Source: Myxococcota bacterium
GTDB taxonomy: Bacteria; Myxococcota_A; UBA796; CAJQPC01
Direction of reading: 5' to 3'
DNA length: 64,000 nucleotides
NCBI GenBank assembly: GCA_036229005.1
Contig: JAZAMN010000031.1
Coordinates: forward strand, 229,647-293,646
Below the pieces are notes generated by a model that did no database searches, was not told where the DNA came from, and saw only the letters and a program-made list of their open reading frames with translations. A program made the position numbers and the translations under genes. Each line of letters begins with the position of its first letter. Positions within the stretch are counted from its first letter, which is position 1. Shown here one piece after another: positions 45,135 to 53,697 of the stretch.

Positions 45135-46721
45135 ATGGCCGTCACCCTGCTCTTTGGCACCGAGACCGGAAACGCCGAGGACTGCGCCGAGACCCTGGGC
45201 GAAGCCATCGAAGAGATGGGCATCGAGATCCAGGTCGTCGACATGGAAGACTACGAGCCCGAGAACCTGGTCAAGGAGCAGCTCCTGGTCATCGTCACCA
45301 GCACCTACGGCAACGGCGATCCCCCCGCCAACGCCGAGGACCTGCTGGATCACCTGCGCGATCAGCGCCCCGGCCTGCCCGGCACCCCCTTCGCCGTGTG
45401 CGCCCTGGGCGACCGCACCTACGCCCGCTTCTGCCAGTGCGGCAAGGACTTCGACGCCATCCTGGAGGAGCTCGGCGGCCAGCGCCAGATCGAGCGCGTG
45501 GACTGCGACGCGGACTTCGAGCCCTTCTTTGACGAGTTCCGCGAGAAGCTGCTGGAGCACATCTCCCAGAACAAGTCCCGCTACGACGGACCCCCGGGCA
45601 CGCCCCCCGTCCAGCCCAAGGCCCACGAGGGCTTCTCGGCCCGGCGCCCCTTCAACGCCCGCCTGCTCGAGCGCACCTGCCTGAACCCGGACAGCCCCCA
45701 CGGAAAGACCTGGCACTACCGCCTGGATCTCTCCGGCTCCGGCATGCAGTGGCACCCCGGCGACAGCTTCGGCGTGCTGCCCCAGAACGACCCCCAGGAG
45801 GTCCAGGAGATCCTGCAGGCCGCAAGGCTCCAGGGCGGCACCCCGGTCACCTGGAAGGGCCACGAGCTCCCCCTGGCCCAGGTCCTGGGCGAGAAGGCCT
45901 GCCTGCAGCGCATCTCCGCCGACATGCTGCGCCGCCTGGGCACCGTCCAGGGCCCCGCCCGCGACGCGATCCACGGGGGCACCGAGGCCCAGTTCACCTC
46001 GTCCCACCACATCATCGACGCCCTGCGCGACCACCCGCTGATCGAGTGGGGTGCGCAGGAGTTGGTGGACATGCTGCGCCAGCTCGCTCCCCGCCTCTAC
46101 TCCGTCGCCAGCTCCGCCAAGGCCCAGCCCGACAGCGTGGACTTCTGCGTCGCCACCACCCGCTTCGAGATGAACGGCCGCAAGGTCAAGGGCGTCGCCA
46201 CCTGCTGGATGGAGGAGCGCCTGCAGCCCGGCGACAACGTGCCCCTGTACGTGGTCGAGAACCGCGCCTTCCGCCTGCCCGATCCCAGCGTGCCCATCAT
46301 CATGGTCGGCCCCGGCACCGGCATCGCCCCCTTCCGCGGCTTCCTGCAGGACCGCATCGGCAGCGGCGGCAAGAGCTGGCTCTTCTTTGGGCACCGCAAC
46401 CAGGGCAGCGACTTCCTGTACCAGGACGAGCTCCAGGGCTGGCTGCAGGACGGCACCCTCACCAAGCTGAGCTGCGCGTGGTCTCGCGATCAGGCCCACA
46501 AGGTCTACGTGCAGGACAAGATGGAGGAGGCTGGAGCTGAGCTTTGGAGCTGGATCCACACCGGCGCCACCGTGTTTGTGTGCGGAGATGCCGGAAGCAT
46601 GGCCCCCGCAGTCGAGGACACCCTGGCCCGAATCGCCCAGACCCACGGCGGCCACTCCGACGGCAAGGCCTTCCTGGCCCAGCTCGAGGCCCAGGGCCGC
46701 TACCTCAAGGACGTCTACTGA
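45135..46721 (+). CDS. Diflavin (FMN/FAD) NADPH reductase, CysJ-like
   Basis: Flavodoxin GTETGNA / TSTYGNGD / LGD; PRLYSVAS; GPGTGIAPF; CGDA; C-terminal DVY. Confidence 0.9.
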   Translation: MAVTLLFGTETGNAEDCAETLGEAIEEMGIEIQVVDMEDYEPENLVKEQLLVIVTSTYGNGDPPANAEDLLDHLRDQRPGLPGTPFAVCALGDRTYARFCQCGKDFDAILEELGGQRQIERVDCDADFEPFFDEFREKLLEHISQNKSRYDGPPGTPPVQPKAHEGFSARRPFNARLLERTCLNPDSPHGKTWHYRLDLSGSGMQWHPGDSFGVLPQNDPQEVQEILQAARLQGGTPVTWKGHELPLAQVLGEKACLQRISADMLRRLGTVQGPARDAIHGGTEAQFTSSHHIIDALRDHPLIEWGAQELVDMLRQLAPRLYSVASSAKAQPDSVDFCVATTRFEMNGRKVKGVATCWMEERLQPGDNVPLYVVENRAFRLPDPSVPIIMVGPGTGIAPFRGFLQDRIGSGGKSWLFFGHRNQGSDFLYQDELQGWLQDGTLTKLSCAWSRDQAHKVYVQDKMEEAGAELWSWIHTGATVFVCGDAGSMAPAVEDTLARIAQTHGGHSDGKAFLAQLEAQGRYLKDVY

Positions 46722-46732
46722 GAGGCCCGAGA

Positions 46733-47287
46733 ATGGACCTGCACACCGCAATCAACGAGCGCCGCACCGTGCACGACTGGGCCGACGCCCCCGTGCCCGA
46801 GCTGGTCGTCAAGCGCGCCCTGGAGGCCGCCCACAGCGCCCCCTGCCACAAGTTCACCTGGCCCTGGCGCTTTGTGTGGGCTGGCCCGGAGACCCGGCAG
46901 GCCCTGTTCGACCTGGGCGTGCGGCTCAAGACCCAGGGCAAGGAGCCCAATGAGCGCCTGCTGGGCAAGCTCACGGCCAAGCTCAAGAACCCCGCCCACC
47001 TGGTGGCCGTGACGCAGATCCGGGTGGACGACGCCTTCCAGGCCAAGGAGGACTACGCCGCCTGCGCCTGCGCCATCCAGAACATGGCCCTGAGCATCCA
47101 CGCGGACGGCTTCGCCTCCAAGTGGGGCAGCGGCGGCATCACCCGCCACGAGAAGGCCTACGAGTACCTGGACGTCGACCCCGCCAAGGAGGAGATCATC
47201 GCCTTTGTGTGGATCGGCGTCCCCGCCAAGGTGCCCGAGAGGCCCGAGCGCAGCCCCCTGCGCGAGCACATCCGGAGGACCCCATGA
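46733..47287 (+). CDS. Nitroreductase family protein
   Basis: RRTVH, AP...TWPWRF, EDYAACACAIQN and KWGSG. Confidence 0.88.
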   Translation: MDLHTAINERRTVHDWADAPVPELVVKRALEAAHSAPCHKFTWPWRFVWAGPETRQALFDLGVRLKTQGKEPNERLLGKLTAKLKNPAHLVAVTQIRVDDAFQAKEDYAACACAIQNMALSIHADGFASKWGSGGITRHEKAYEYLDVDPAKEEIIAFVWIGVPAKVPERPERSPLREHIRRTP

Positions 47288-47628
47288 GCGCCCCCCTCAA
47301 GCAGCTCCTGATCGCCGACCTGGTCGAAGGGAGCGGCCGCGAGTGTGGCCGCCGCAGCATCGTCCAGGTGCACTACGTCGGCCGCCTGCTGGCCGACGGC
47401 ACCGAGTTCGACAACTCCTACAAGTCCGGCCAGACCTTCACCGTCCAGCTCGGCACCCGCCAGGTCATCGCCGGCTGGGACCAGGGCATCCCCGGCATGC
47501 GGGTGGGCGGCAAGCGCAGCCTGCGCATCCCGGCGTCCCTGGGCTACGGCAGCCAGGGCTTTCCGGGGCTGATCCCCCCAGGCTCCGACCTGGAGTTCGA
47601 GGTGGAGCTGCTGCAGGTGCTGGCCTGA
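47284..47628 (+). CDS. FKBP-type peptidyl-prolyl isomerase
   Basis: VHYVG, FDNSY, VIAGWDQG, LGYG, IPPGS and FEVELL. Confidence 0.95.
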   Translation: MSAPLKQLLIADLVEGSGRECGRRSIVQVHYVGRLLADGTEFDNSYKSGQTFTVQLGTRQVIAGWDQGIPGMRVGGKRSLRIPASLGYGSQGFPGLIPPGSDLEFEVELLQVLA

Positions 47629-47663
47629 GGGTCGAGAGGCCCCCTACCTGACCCTGCTCCCCC

Positions 47664-48380
47664 TCACTCCGCCAGCGGGTCCCCACCCGCCTTCACTTCC
47701 GCGATCAGCGCGCGCACTCCGGCCCCGTTGTCGTAGCCCAGCGCCTCGGCCTCCTGGAGCGCCTGCTCGGCCTCCTCATAGCGCCCGTTGTAGGCCAGCG
47801 CGACGGCTCGGTTGGAGTGCATGATGGCGATGTCCGGGCCCAGCTTCACGCCCTCGTCCAGCACCCGCAGAGACTCCTTGCGGTCCCCCTGGTAGAGCAG
47901 CACCGAGCCCAGCGAGGCGTAGAGCTCCGGGTAGTCCGGATCCAGGGCCATGGCCTTCTCGTAGCAGTCGCGGGCCGCCGTGTAGTCCCGCTGCAGGCGG
48001 TAGACCACGCCCAGGTTCACCCAGGTCGAGGCGTCCTGGTCGTTGAGCTTGAGGGAGAGCTTGTGGGCGCTGACCGCCTCATCCAGCCGGTCCAGCTCGT
48101 TGAGGATGTTGCCCTTGCGCGTGTACGCATCGGCCAGCTCATCCTGCTCGAAGGTCCCTGAGTCGATGGCGGCGTCGATGTGCATCAGCGCCTGCTCGTA
48201 GCTGCCCGAGTTGTAGTAGCTGATGGCCTTGTTCAGGTCATCCTGGGCCCCCGCGTAGGCTGCCAGCTCCTCCATCGAGACCTTGGGCCCCGCGGGCTCG
48301 CCACTCCCGACCTCGCCGCCACCACAGGCAAGCGCAAGTGTGAGAGAGGCCACGAAGGTCAGAGTGGTGAGGCGAGGCAT
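47664..48380 (-). CDS. TPR-repeat lipoprotein
   Basis: LALAC lipobox and several TPR motifs. Confidence 0.85.
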   Translation of the reverse strand: MPRLTTLTFVASLTLALACGGGEVGSGEPAGPKVSMEELAAYAGAQDDLNKAISYYNSGSYEQALMHIDAAIDSGTFEQDELADAYTRKGNILNELDRLDEAVSAHKLSLKLNDQDASTWVNLGVVYRLQRDYTAARDCYEKAMALDPDYPELYASLGSVLLYQGDRKESLRVLDEGVKLGPDIAIMHSNRAVALAYNGRYEEAEQALQEAEALGYDNGAGVRALIAEVKAGGDPLAE

Positions 48381-48437
48381 GTCGTGCTCCAGCAGGTCCA
48401 CAGCCTATCGGATAGACCCCCCTGCCCTGGAGTGCCC

Positions 48438-49685
48438 ATGTCCATCCGCGGCGACGAGCTTCCCGAGATCCTGTCCCCCGTCCCCGGCCCCGTCTCCCGC
48501 GCCTGGGTGGATCGGCTGGCCCAGCGCGAGTGCCCCGCAATCACCTCCCGGCGCGCACGGCGGGCCTCCAGGCTGGGGGTGGCCGACACCGATCCCGTCG
48601 TCTGGGAGCAGGCGCGCGGCGCCGTGGTGGTCGACGTGGACGGCAACCGCTTCGTCGACCTCACCGCCGGCTTCGGCGTCGCGGGCATCGGGCACCGCAA
48701 CCCCGCCGTGGTCGCCGCCCTCAAGGCCCAGTCCGAGCGCCTGCTGCACGCCATGGGCGACGCCTTCCCGGACTCCACCCGCGTCCGCCTGCTCGAGCGC
48801 TTGGCCGAGCTCACCGGCATGGACCACGGCATCCTGGGCTCCTCCGGCTCCGACGCCGTCGAGGCCGCCCTCAAGACCGCCCGCATCGCCTCCGGCAAGG
48901 ACGGTGTGCTCAGCTTCTCCCGCGCCTACCACGGGCTCTCCTACGGGGCGTTGGCGGCCATCGGGTACAAGCGCGCCGACTTCCACGCGCCCTTCTCCGG
49001 CCAGATCGGCCAGCACGTCCAGCAGGCCGAGTTCGGCGGCGAGATCCCCTCGCTGGCGGGCATCGGCGCCGTGATCGTCGAGCCCATCCAGGGGCGTGGC
49101 GGTGTGCGCGTCCCCCCCCAGGGCTGGCTGGCCTCCCTCCGAGAAGCCTGCGATCAGGCCGGCGCCGTGCTGATCTTCGACGAGATCTACTCCGCCTTCG
49201 GCCGCACCGGGCGCATGTTCGCGATGGAGCACTTCGGGGTGCGCCCCGACATCCTCTGCGTCGGAAAGTCCCTGGCCGGCGGCTTCCCCATCTCCGCCGC
49301 CATGGGCACCCGCGCGGTCATGGAGTCCTGGGGCGCCTCCAAGGGCGAGGCCCTCCACACCCAGACCTTCCTGGGCAACCCCATGGGCTGCGCGATGGGC
49401 CTCGCCGCCCTGGAGCAGGTCGAGGCCCTGGACGTGCTCACCCAAGCCCGCGACAAGGAGGCCTGGATCCGCGCCCGCCTGCCCGACATCGAGATCCAGG
49501 GCAAGGGCCTGATGCTGGGCCTGCGGCTGCCCGACACCCTGGGCCTCTCCCGCAAGCTGCTGGAGCGCGGCTTCCTGGTCCTGCCGGCTGGAGAGGAAGC
49601 AGAGGTGCTGGCCCTGACCCCCCCCCTGGTCATCACCACCCAGCAGCTCGAGGCCTTCGCCACCACGCTGGAGTCCCTGCTGTGA
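48438..49685 (+). CDS. Class III PLP-dependent aminotransferase
   Basis: DVDGNRFVD, SGSDAVEAA, YHG, EPIQG, FDEI..FGRTG, GKSLAGG (PLP Lys) and TFLGNP. Confidence 0.95.
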   Translation: MSIRGDELPEILSPVPGPVSRAWVDRLAQRECPAITSRRARRASRLGVADTDPVVWEQARGAVVVDVDGNRFVDLTAGFGVAGIGHRNPAVVAALKAQSERLLHAMGDAFPDSTRVRLLERLAELTGMDHGILGSSGSDAVEAALKTARIASGKDGVLSFSRAYHGLSYGALAAIGYKRADFHAPFSGQIGQHVQQAEFGGEIPSLAGIGAVIVEPIQGRGGVRVPPQGWLASLREACDQAGAVLIFDEIYSAFGRTGRMFAMEHFGVRPDILCVGKSLAGGFPISAAMGTRAVMESWGASKGEALHTQTFLGNPMGCAMGLAALEQVEALDVLTQARDKEAWIRARLPDIEIQGKGLMLGLRLPDTLGLSRKLLERGFLVLPAGEEAEVLALTPPLVITTQQLEAFATTLESLL

Positions 49686-50662
49686 ACGAGGACACCTGCA
49701 ACTTCATCCGCCAGGCCGCCGCCGACCCGAGCTGGGGTCTGGCGCACCGCGAGTCCTTCGGGCTGATGCTGCACTACTGGCAGCGCGACCAGATCCCCCA
49801 CCTGGCGGCCTTCTGCGGCGACGCCCGCCCCCGCACCCTGGAGGAGATCCCCAGCGTGCCCGTCGGACTGTTCAAGGAGGGTCTGGACTTCTGCGCGGGG
49901 GAGCCGGCGCACACCTTCCTGACCTCCGGCACCACCCAGGGCCGCCGGGGCGCCCACAGCCTGCCCAGCCTGGACGCCTACAACCTGGGCGCCGAGCTGT
50001 GGTGGCGCGCGCAGGTCCCCGGCTGCCCCACCCGTGTGATCTCGCTGGTCCCCTCCCCCGAGCAGGCCCCCGAGAGCAGCCTGGGCCACATGGTCGCCCA
50101 CTTCGCCAGTCAGCGGCAGGATCTCTTCGACATGGAGCGCGGGGTGGACCACGCCGGCTGCTGGGCCGCGCTCTCCCAGGCCTCCGAGCCCGTGTTCGTC
50201 GCCGCGACGGCCTTCTCCATGGCCCACCTGCTGGAGCGCCCCGGCCAGGTCCAGCTCCCCGAAGGCTCCGTGGTCATGGTCACCGGCGGCTTCAAGGGCC
50301 GCACCACCCAGCTCAGCGCCCAGCAGCTCCGCGCCGAGATCCCCGTCCGACTTGGCGCCCCCGTGGTCGAGGAGTACGGCATGACCGAGCTCTCCAGCCA
50401 GCTCTGGGGCCGCGAGGGCCGCTTCGTCGCGCCCCCCTGGATGAAGGTCTACACCGTCGACCCGCTCACCGGCACCCCCACCCGCGACCAGGGCCTGCTG
50501 CGCTTCGTGGACCTGGCGAACTTCGGGAGCTGCCTGAGCATCGAGACCGAAGACCTGGGCATCGTGAGCGGCCAGGAGGTCACCCTTCTGGGCCGCCTGT
50601 CCACCGCCCCCCACCGGGGCTGCTCCCTCTCCGCCGAGGAGGCCGCGCAGTGGCAGATCTGA
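49682..50662 (+). CDS. LuxE-like acyl-protein synthetase
   Basis: FLTSGTT, TGGFKG, EYGMTELSSQ, TEDLG and C-terminal LGR....RGCS; GTG start overlaps the upstream stop. Confidence 0.88.
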   Translation: MNEDTCNFIRQAAADPSWGLAHRESFGLMLHYWQRDQIPHLAAFCGDARPRTLEEIPSVPVGLFKEGLDFCAGEPAHTFLTSGTTQGRRGAHSLPSLDAYNLGAELWWRAQVPGCPTRVISLVPSPEQAPESSLGHMVAHFASQRQDLFDMERGVDHAGCWAALSQASEPVFVAATAFSMAHLLERPGQVQLPEGSVVMVTGGFKGRTTQLSAQQLRAEIPVRLGAPVVEEYGMTELSSQLWGREGRFVAPPWMKVYTVDPLTGTPTRDQGLLRFVDLANFGSCLSIETEDLGIVSGQEVTLLGRLSTAPHRGCSLSAEEAAQWQI

Positions 50663-51630
50663 GCCCCACCCTGGCCCGCCTGGCCGCCCTGGACCCCGCC
50701 GACTGGAACACCGGCCTGAGCCCCCAAGCCGCCCGCCTGGCCTGGCAGGAGGAGCTGGAGCGCATCCAGGCCGGCCTGCCCGAGCTGGAGACCGCCCCTG
50801 CGGACAGCCGCCTGTGGATCTGGTGCGCCGCCAACGTGTTCACCGCGCCCCTGCGCTTCGCCCTGCTGGCCCAGGCCCGCGGCATGGAGGTGGTCTTCAA
50901 GGCCCCCTCCGCTCGCCCCGAAGCCGTCCTGGCGATGGCCAATGCCCTGGGCTGCCGGGTGGAGACCGACTCGCAGCGCGCGCTCGCGGAGCTGAACAGC
51001 GTGTCCTCGCCTGGCCGGGATCGGGTCCTGGCCTTTGGAGGGGACGAGGCGATGAGGGTTGTGGATCAGAGCCTGCCAGTGGGCACACCTCGCTCCCTCC
51101 ATGGGCACCGCGTCAGCTTCGCAGTGGTCCGGGGCGCAGACGAGGACACCGCGATGGCGCTCGCCTGGGACGCCTGCCTCTTTGACGGCCAGGGCTGCAT
51201 GTCCCCCGCCGGGGTCTTCTGCCTGGGAGACGCCCCGCTGCTGGCGGAGCGCATCGCCGCCGCCATGGAGACCCTCGCCCAGCGCATCCCTCGAGGCCCC
51301 GTTGACCCTGGAATCGGTCCCGCGTGGCGCCGGAGGACGGGGCTGGCCCGCATCCTGGGGCAGTGCTGGGAGGGCCCGGAGTGGGCCGTGACGCTGCTCC
51401 CCCTGGACCGCGCTGAGGCGCTCGTGCTGCCGCGCATGCTGCCGGTGCACCCCCTGCGGTCCCTGGACGAGCTGGAGCCCCTCTCGGAGCTGCCCCTGAG
51501 CACCCTGGCCACAGACCTGGAGCCCCTGGCGCTGGGCTTCACCCGCACAGTCGCCCCCGGGCAGATGCAGCGCCCAGAGATGAGCGCCGTGCACGAGGGC
51601 GTGGACGTGGTCGAGAAGCTGATGCGCTGA
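50650..51630 (+). CDS. LuxC-like acyl-CoA/acyl-protein reductase
   Basis: AANV, KAPS, AFGGD, GHRVS, FDGQGCMSP (catalytic Cys), PGQMQ and HEG. Confidence 0.8.
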   Translation: MADLSPTLARLAALDPADWNTGLSPQAARLAWQEELERIQAGLPELETAPADSRLWIWCAANVFTAPLRFALLAQARGMEVVFKAPSARPEAVLAMANALGCRVETDSQRALAELNSVSSPGRDRVLAFGGDEAMRVVDQSLPVGTPRSLHGHRVSFAVVRGADEDTAMALAWDACLFDGQGCMSPAGVFCLGDAPLLAERIAAAMETLAQRIPRGPVDPGIGPAWRRRTGLARILGQCWEGPEWAVTLLPLDRAEALVLPRMLPVHPLRSLDELEPLSELPLSTLATDLEPLALGFTRTVAPGQMQRPEMSAVHEGVDVVEKLMR

Positions 51631-51681
51631 CCCCCGGGCACAGCCGGGACTCAGCCGGGGGGACTCAGCGGGGCCGGTCGC

Positions 51682-52341
51682 TCAGTTGCTGCGCACCCGC
51701 ATGCCCTTGCGGACCGGCGGAGTGCGGTGCTCGGGCAGGTACTTCTCCATCTTGGCGCGGGCCCGGGCCAGATCGCGGCTGACCTGCGCCGGATGGACAC
51801 CCAGGTCCTTGGCGATCTCGCGACCGGTGCGGCCGTCCAGCCACTCGCGGAGCACGTAGGCCGGGCGGTCGTCGCCGGCGGTCTCCAGGTAGGCGCGGAT
51901 GGCCTGGGCGGCGTTGGCCTTGCGAGCGCCGTCACCGCTCAGCGCACCCTCGGCGCCGTCGGAGTTGTCCAGCGACCAGGCGGACATGCAGCGGGAAGCG
52001 CCCGGATCCTGACCGCGAGCGGGCAGCTCGGCGGCCCGGCGGGAGGCGTGGCGCCGCATGCGCTTGGCCTCTGCGGAGCGCGCGCCCCAGGTGGCCTGCA
52101 CGACCAGGTAGGTGCGCAGGCTGCCGCGCTCCGGATCCCAGGGCTCGAAGAGCGCAGGCCCACGGGCCCAGAGCTCCTGCGCGAACTCGTCCACCTCGGC
52201 CGAAGAGAAGCCAGCGAGGGCGCGGCTCATGGCCCGGTAGACGTAGCCGTTGTAGCGCTTGTAGAGCTGCTCAAAGGCCCGGTTGTCGTTTTCGTCCAGG
52301 TAGGCCCGGACGAGCTTCATGTCTTGTTCGCGGCTGGTCAT
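51682..52341 (-). CDS. ECF-like sigma-70 family factor
   Basis: AFEQLYKRY, WDPERGSLRTYL and region-4 HTH GREIAKDLGV...VSR.LARAR. Confidence 0.8.
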   Translation of the reverse strand: MTSREQDMKLVRAYLDENDNRAFEQLYKRYNGYVYRAMSRALAGFSSAEVDEFAQELWARGPALFEPWDPERGSLRTYLVVQATWGARSAEAKRMRRHASRRAAELPARGQDPGASRCMSAWSLDNSDGAEGALSGDGARKANAAQAIRAYLETAGDDRPAYVLREWLDGRTGREIAKDLGVHPAQVSRDLARARAKMEKYLPEHRTPPVRKGMRVRSN

Positions 52342-52423
52342 GCTCAAAGTTTAGCACCATTCCAGACGCTGTCAGCCCAAAACTTCACCTGCACGTGAGG
52401 TTTGAAGAGCAAGAGTGCGTCCC

Positions 52424-52453
52424 AAAAATGAAACAGCCACCCGAGGGTGGCTG
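52424..52453 (-). terminator. Rho-independent terminator after the 351-aa sigma gene
   Basis: Minus strand CAGCCACC-CTCG-GGTGGCTG followed by TTTCATTTTT. Confidence 0.85.
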
Positions 52454-52480
52454 CTCAATCTCACAAGTGCCTGAAAAGAC

Positions 52481-53536
52481 TCAGGCGCCCATGGCCGCCC
52501 GCAGGCGGGCAAAGGTGGCGTCCCGGATCCCGGAGTGGTCGCGGAGCCGATGGAGGGCCTCCCGCTCGATCTGACGCACGCGCTCGCGGGACAGTCCCAT
52601 CTCCTTGCCCACCTCGGACAGGGTGCGGAACTCGCCGTCGTCCAGGCCGTAGCGGCGGGTGAGCACGAAGCGCTGGCGGTCGCTGAGCACGGCGGCGAAG
52701 GCCTTGTGCATGCGAGCCAGCTCCTGGCCCTGGATGGCCTCGCCGTCGGGCTGGGGGGCGTCATCGTCGCTCAGGAAGCGCTCCAGGGGGCGAGGCCGGG
52801 GGCCGTCGTCCACGGGCTGCTCCAGGGAGATGGTGTTGCCCTGGGACAGGAGCAGCTCGGCGCGCTCCTTGTCGATCCCGACCTCGTCGGCCAGATCCTG
52901 GATGGTGTACTCGGTCCCGCCGGACTCGAAGCGCTTCATGGCCTTGCGCAGGTTGCGGGTCTGCTCGACCGCGCAGCCGGGCAGGCGCACCGGACGACCG
53001 GTGTGGTCGATGGCGCGGGTCATCTGAGCGCGCACCCACCAACGGGCGTAGGTGGAGAAGCGGATGCCGCGGTCGGGGTCGAAGCGCTTGGCGGCGCGGA
53101 GCAGGCCGATGTAGCCCTCCTGCACCAGGTCCTCTTCGTCCATGAAGGGGCCGGCCAGCTTGCGGGCCTCACCGTGGGCGATGCGGCGGCCGGACATGGC
53201 CAGACGCCAGCGGAGGTTCTCGGCCTCCTGCCATGCAGCGCCGGACTCGCGGGCGGCCTTGCGGAGCTCGGGGTTCTTGCGGGCGGCGCGGCCCACCTCC
53301 TGGACCGCCTCTTCGAGGCGGCTCACGGCGCCAGCGCGGGTGCGCTCGGCGCGCTCGGGGCGGCGACCGATGATGGCGCGGGCGATGTCGATCTCGACGA
53401 TGGCATCACGCGCAGACTCTTCGGCCGCACGGATGCGGCGGGCCATGTCCTTCTCTTCCTCGGCGGTGAGGCGCTCGCTGCGGGAGCTGCCGCCTGAGGA
53501 CTGACCACCGCCAAAGCTGGTGCGGAATACGGCCAT
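52481..53536 (-). CDS. RpoD/RpoS-like alternative sigma-70 factor lacking region 1.1
   Basis: DLVQEGYIGL, FDPDRGIRFSTYARWW, ISLEQPV and TLSEVG...SRERVRQIE. Confidence 0.93.
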   Translation of the reverse strand: MAVFRTSFGGGQSSGGSSRSERLTAEEEKDMARRIRAAEESARDAIVEIDIARAIIGRRPERAERTRAGAVSRLEEAVQEVGRAARKNPELRKAARESGAAWQEAENLRWRLAMSGRRIAHGEARKLAGPFMDEEDLVQEGYIGLLRAAKRFDPDRGIRFSTYARWWVRAQMTRAIDHTGRPVRLPGCAVEQTRNLRKAMKRFESGGTEYTIQDLADEVGIDKERAELLLSQGNTISLEQPVDDGPRPRPLERFLSDDDAPQPDGEAIQGQELARMHKAFAAVLSDRQRFVLTRRYGLDDGEFRTLSEVGKEMGLSRERVRQIEREALHRLRDHSGIRDATFARLRAAMGA

Positions 53537-53654
53537 GAATTGACTCCTGGGTGGGTCGGCTGCGCCCGTCAGGACGAGGGGCAGGACCTGTTGTAGATGG
53601 GGGAGTGTTGGAGAGTTGCGTTGCGCGGTTCTACAGGGAACGGCGCGGGATATT

Positions 53655-53684
53655 TGTCAAGAAGCTGTCAATGACCTGACAGCT
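53655..53684. promoter_or_regulatory. Palindromic operator-like site plus TGTCAA direct repeat upstream of the sigma gene
   Basis: AGCTGTCA-ATGACC-TGACAGCT (53663-53684); TGTCAA at 53655 and 53666. Confidence 0.55.
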
Positions 53685-53697
53685 CAAGGTCGGCGCA

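Noticed and set aside
49682..51630. Bioluminescence (lux) operon
   Set aside because: No luxA, luxB or luxD; LuxC/LuxE homologues are common in non-luminous bacteria.
51631..51681. GGGACTCAGC repeated twice between convergent genes
   Set aside because: Too short and GC-rich to separate from chance.
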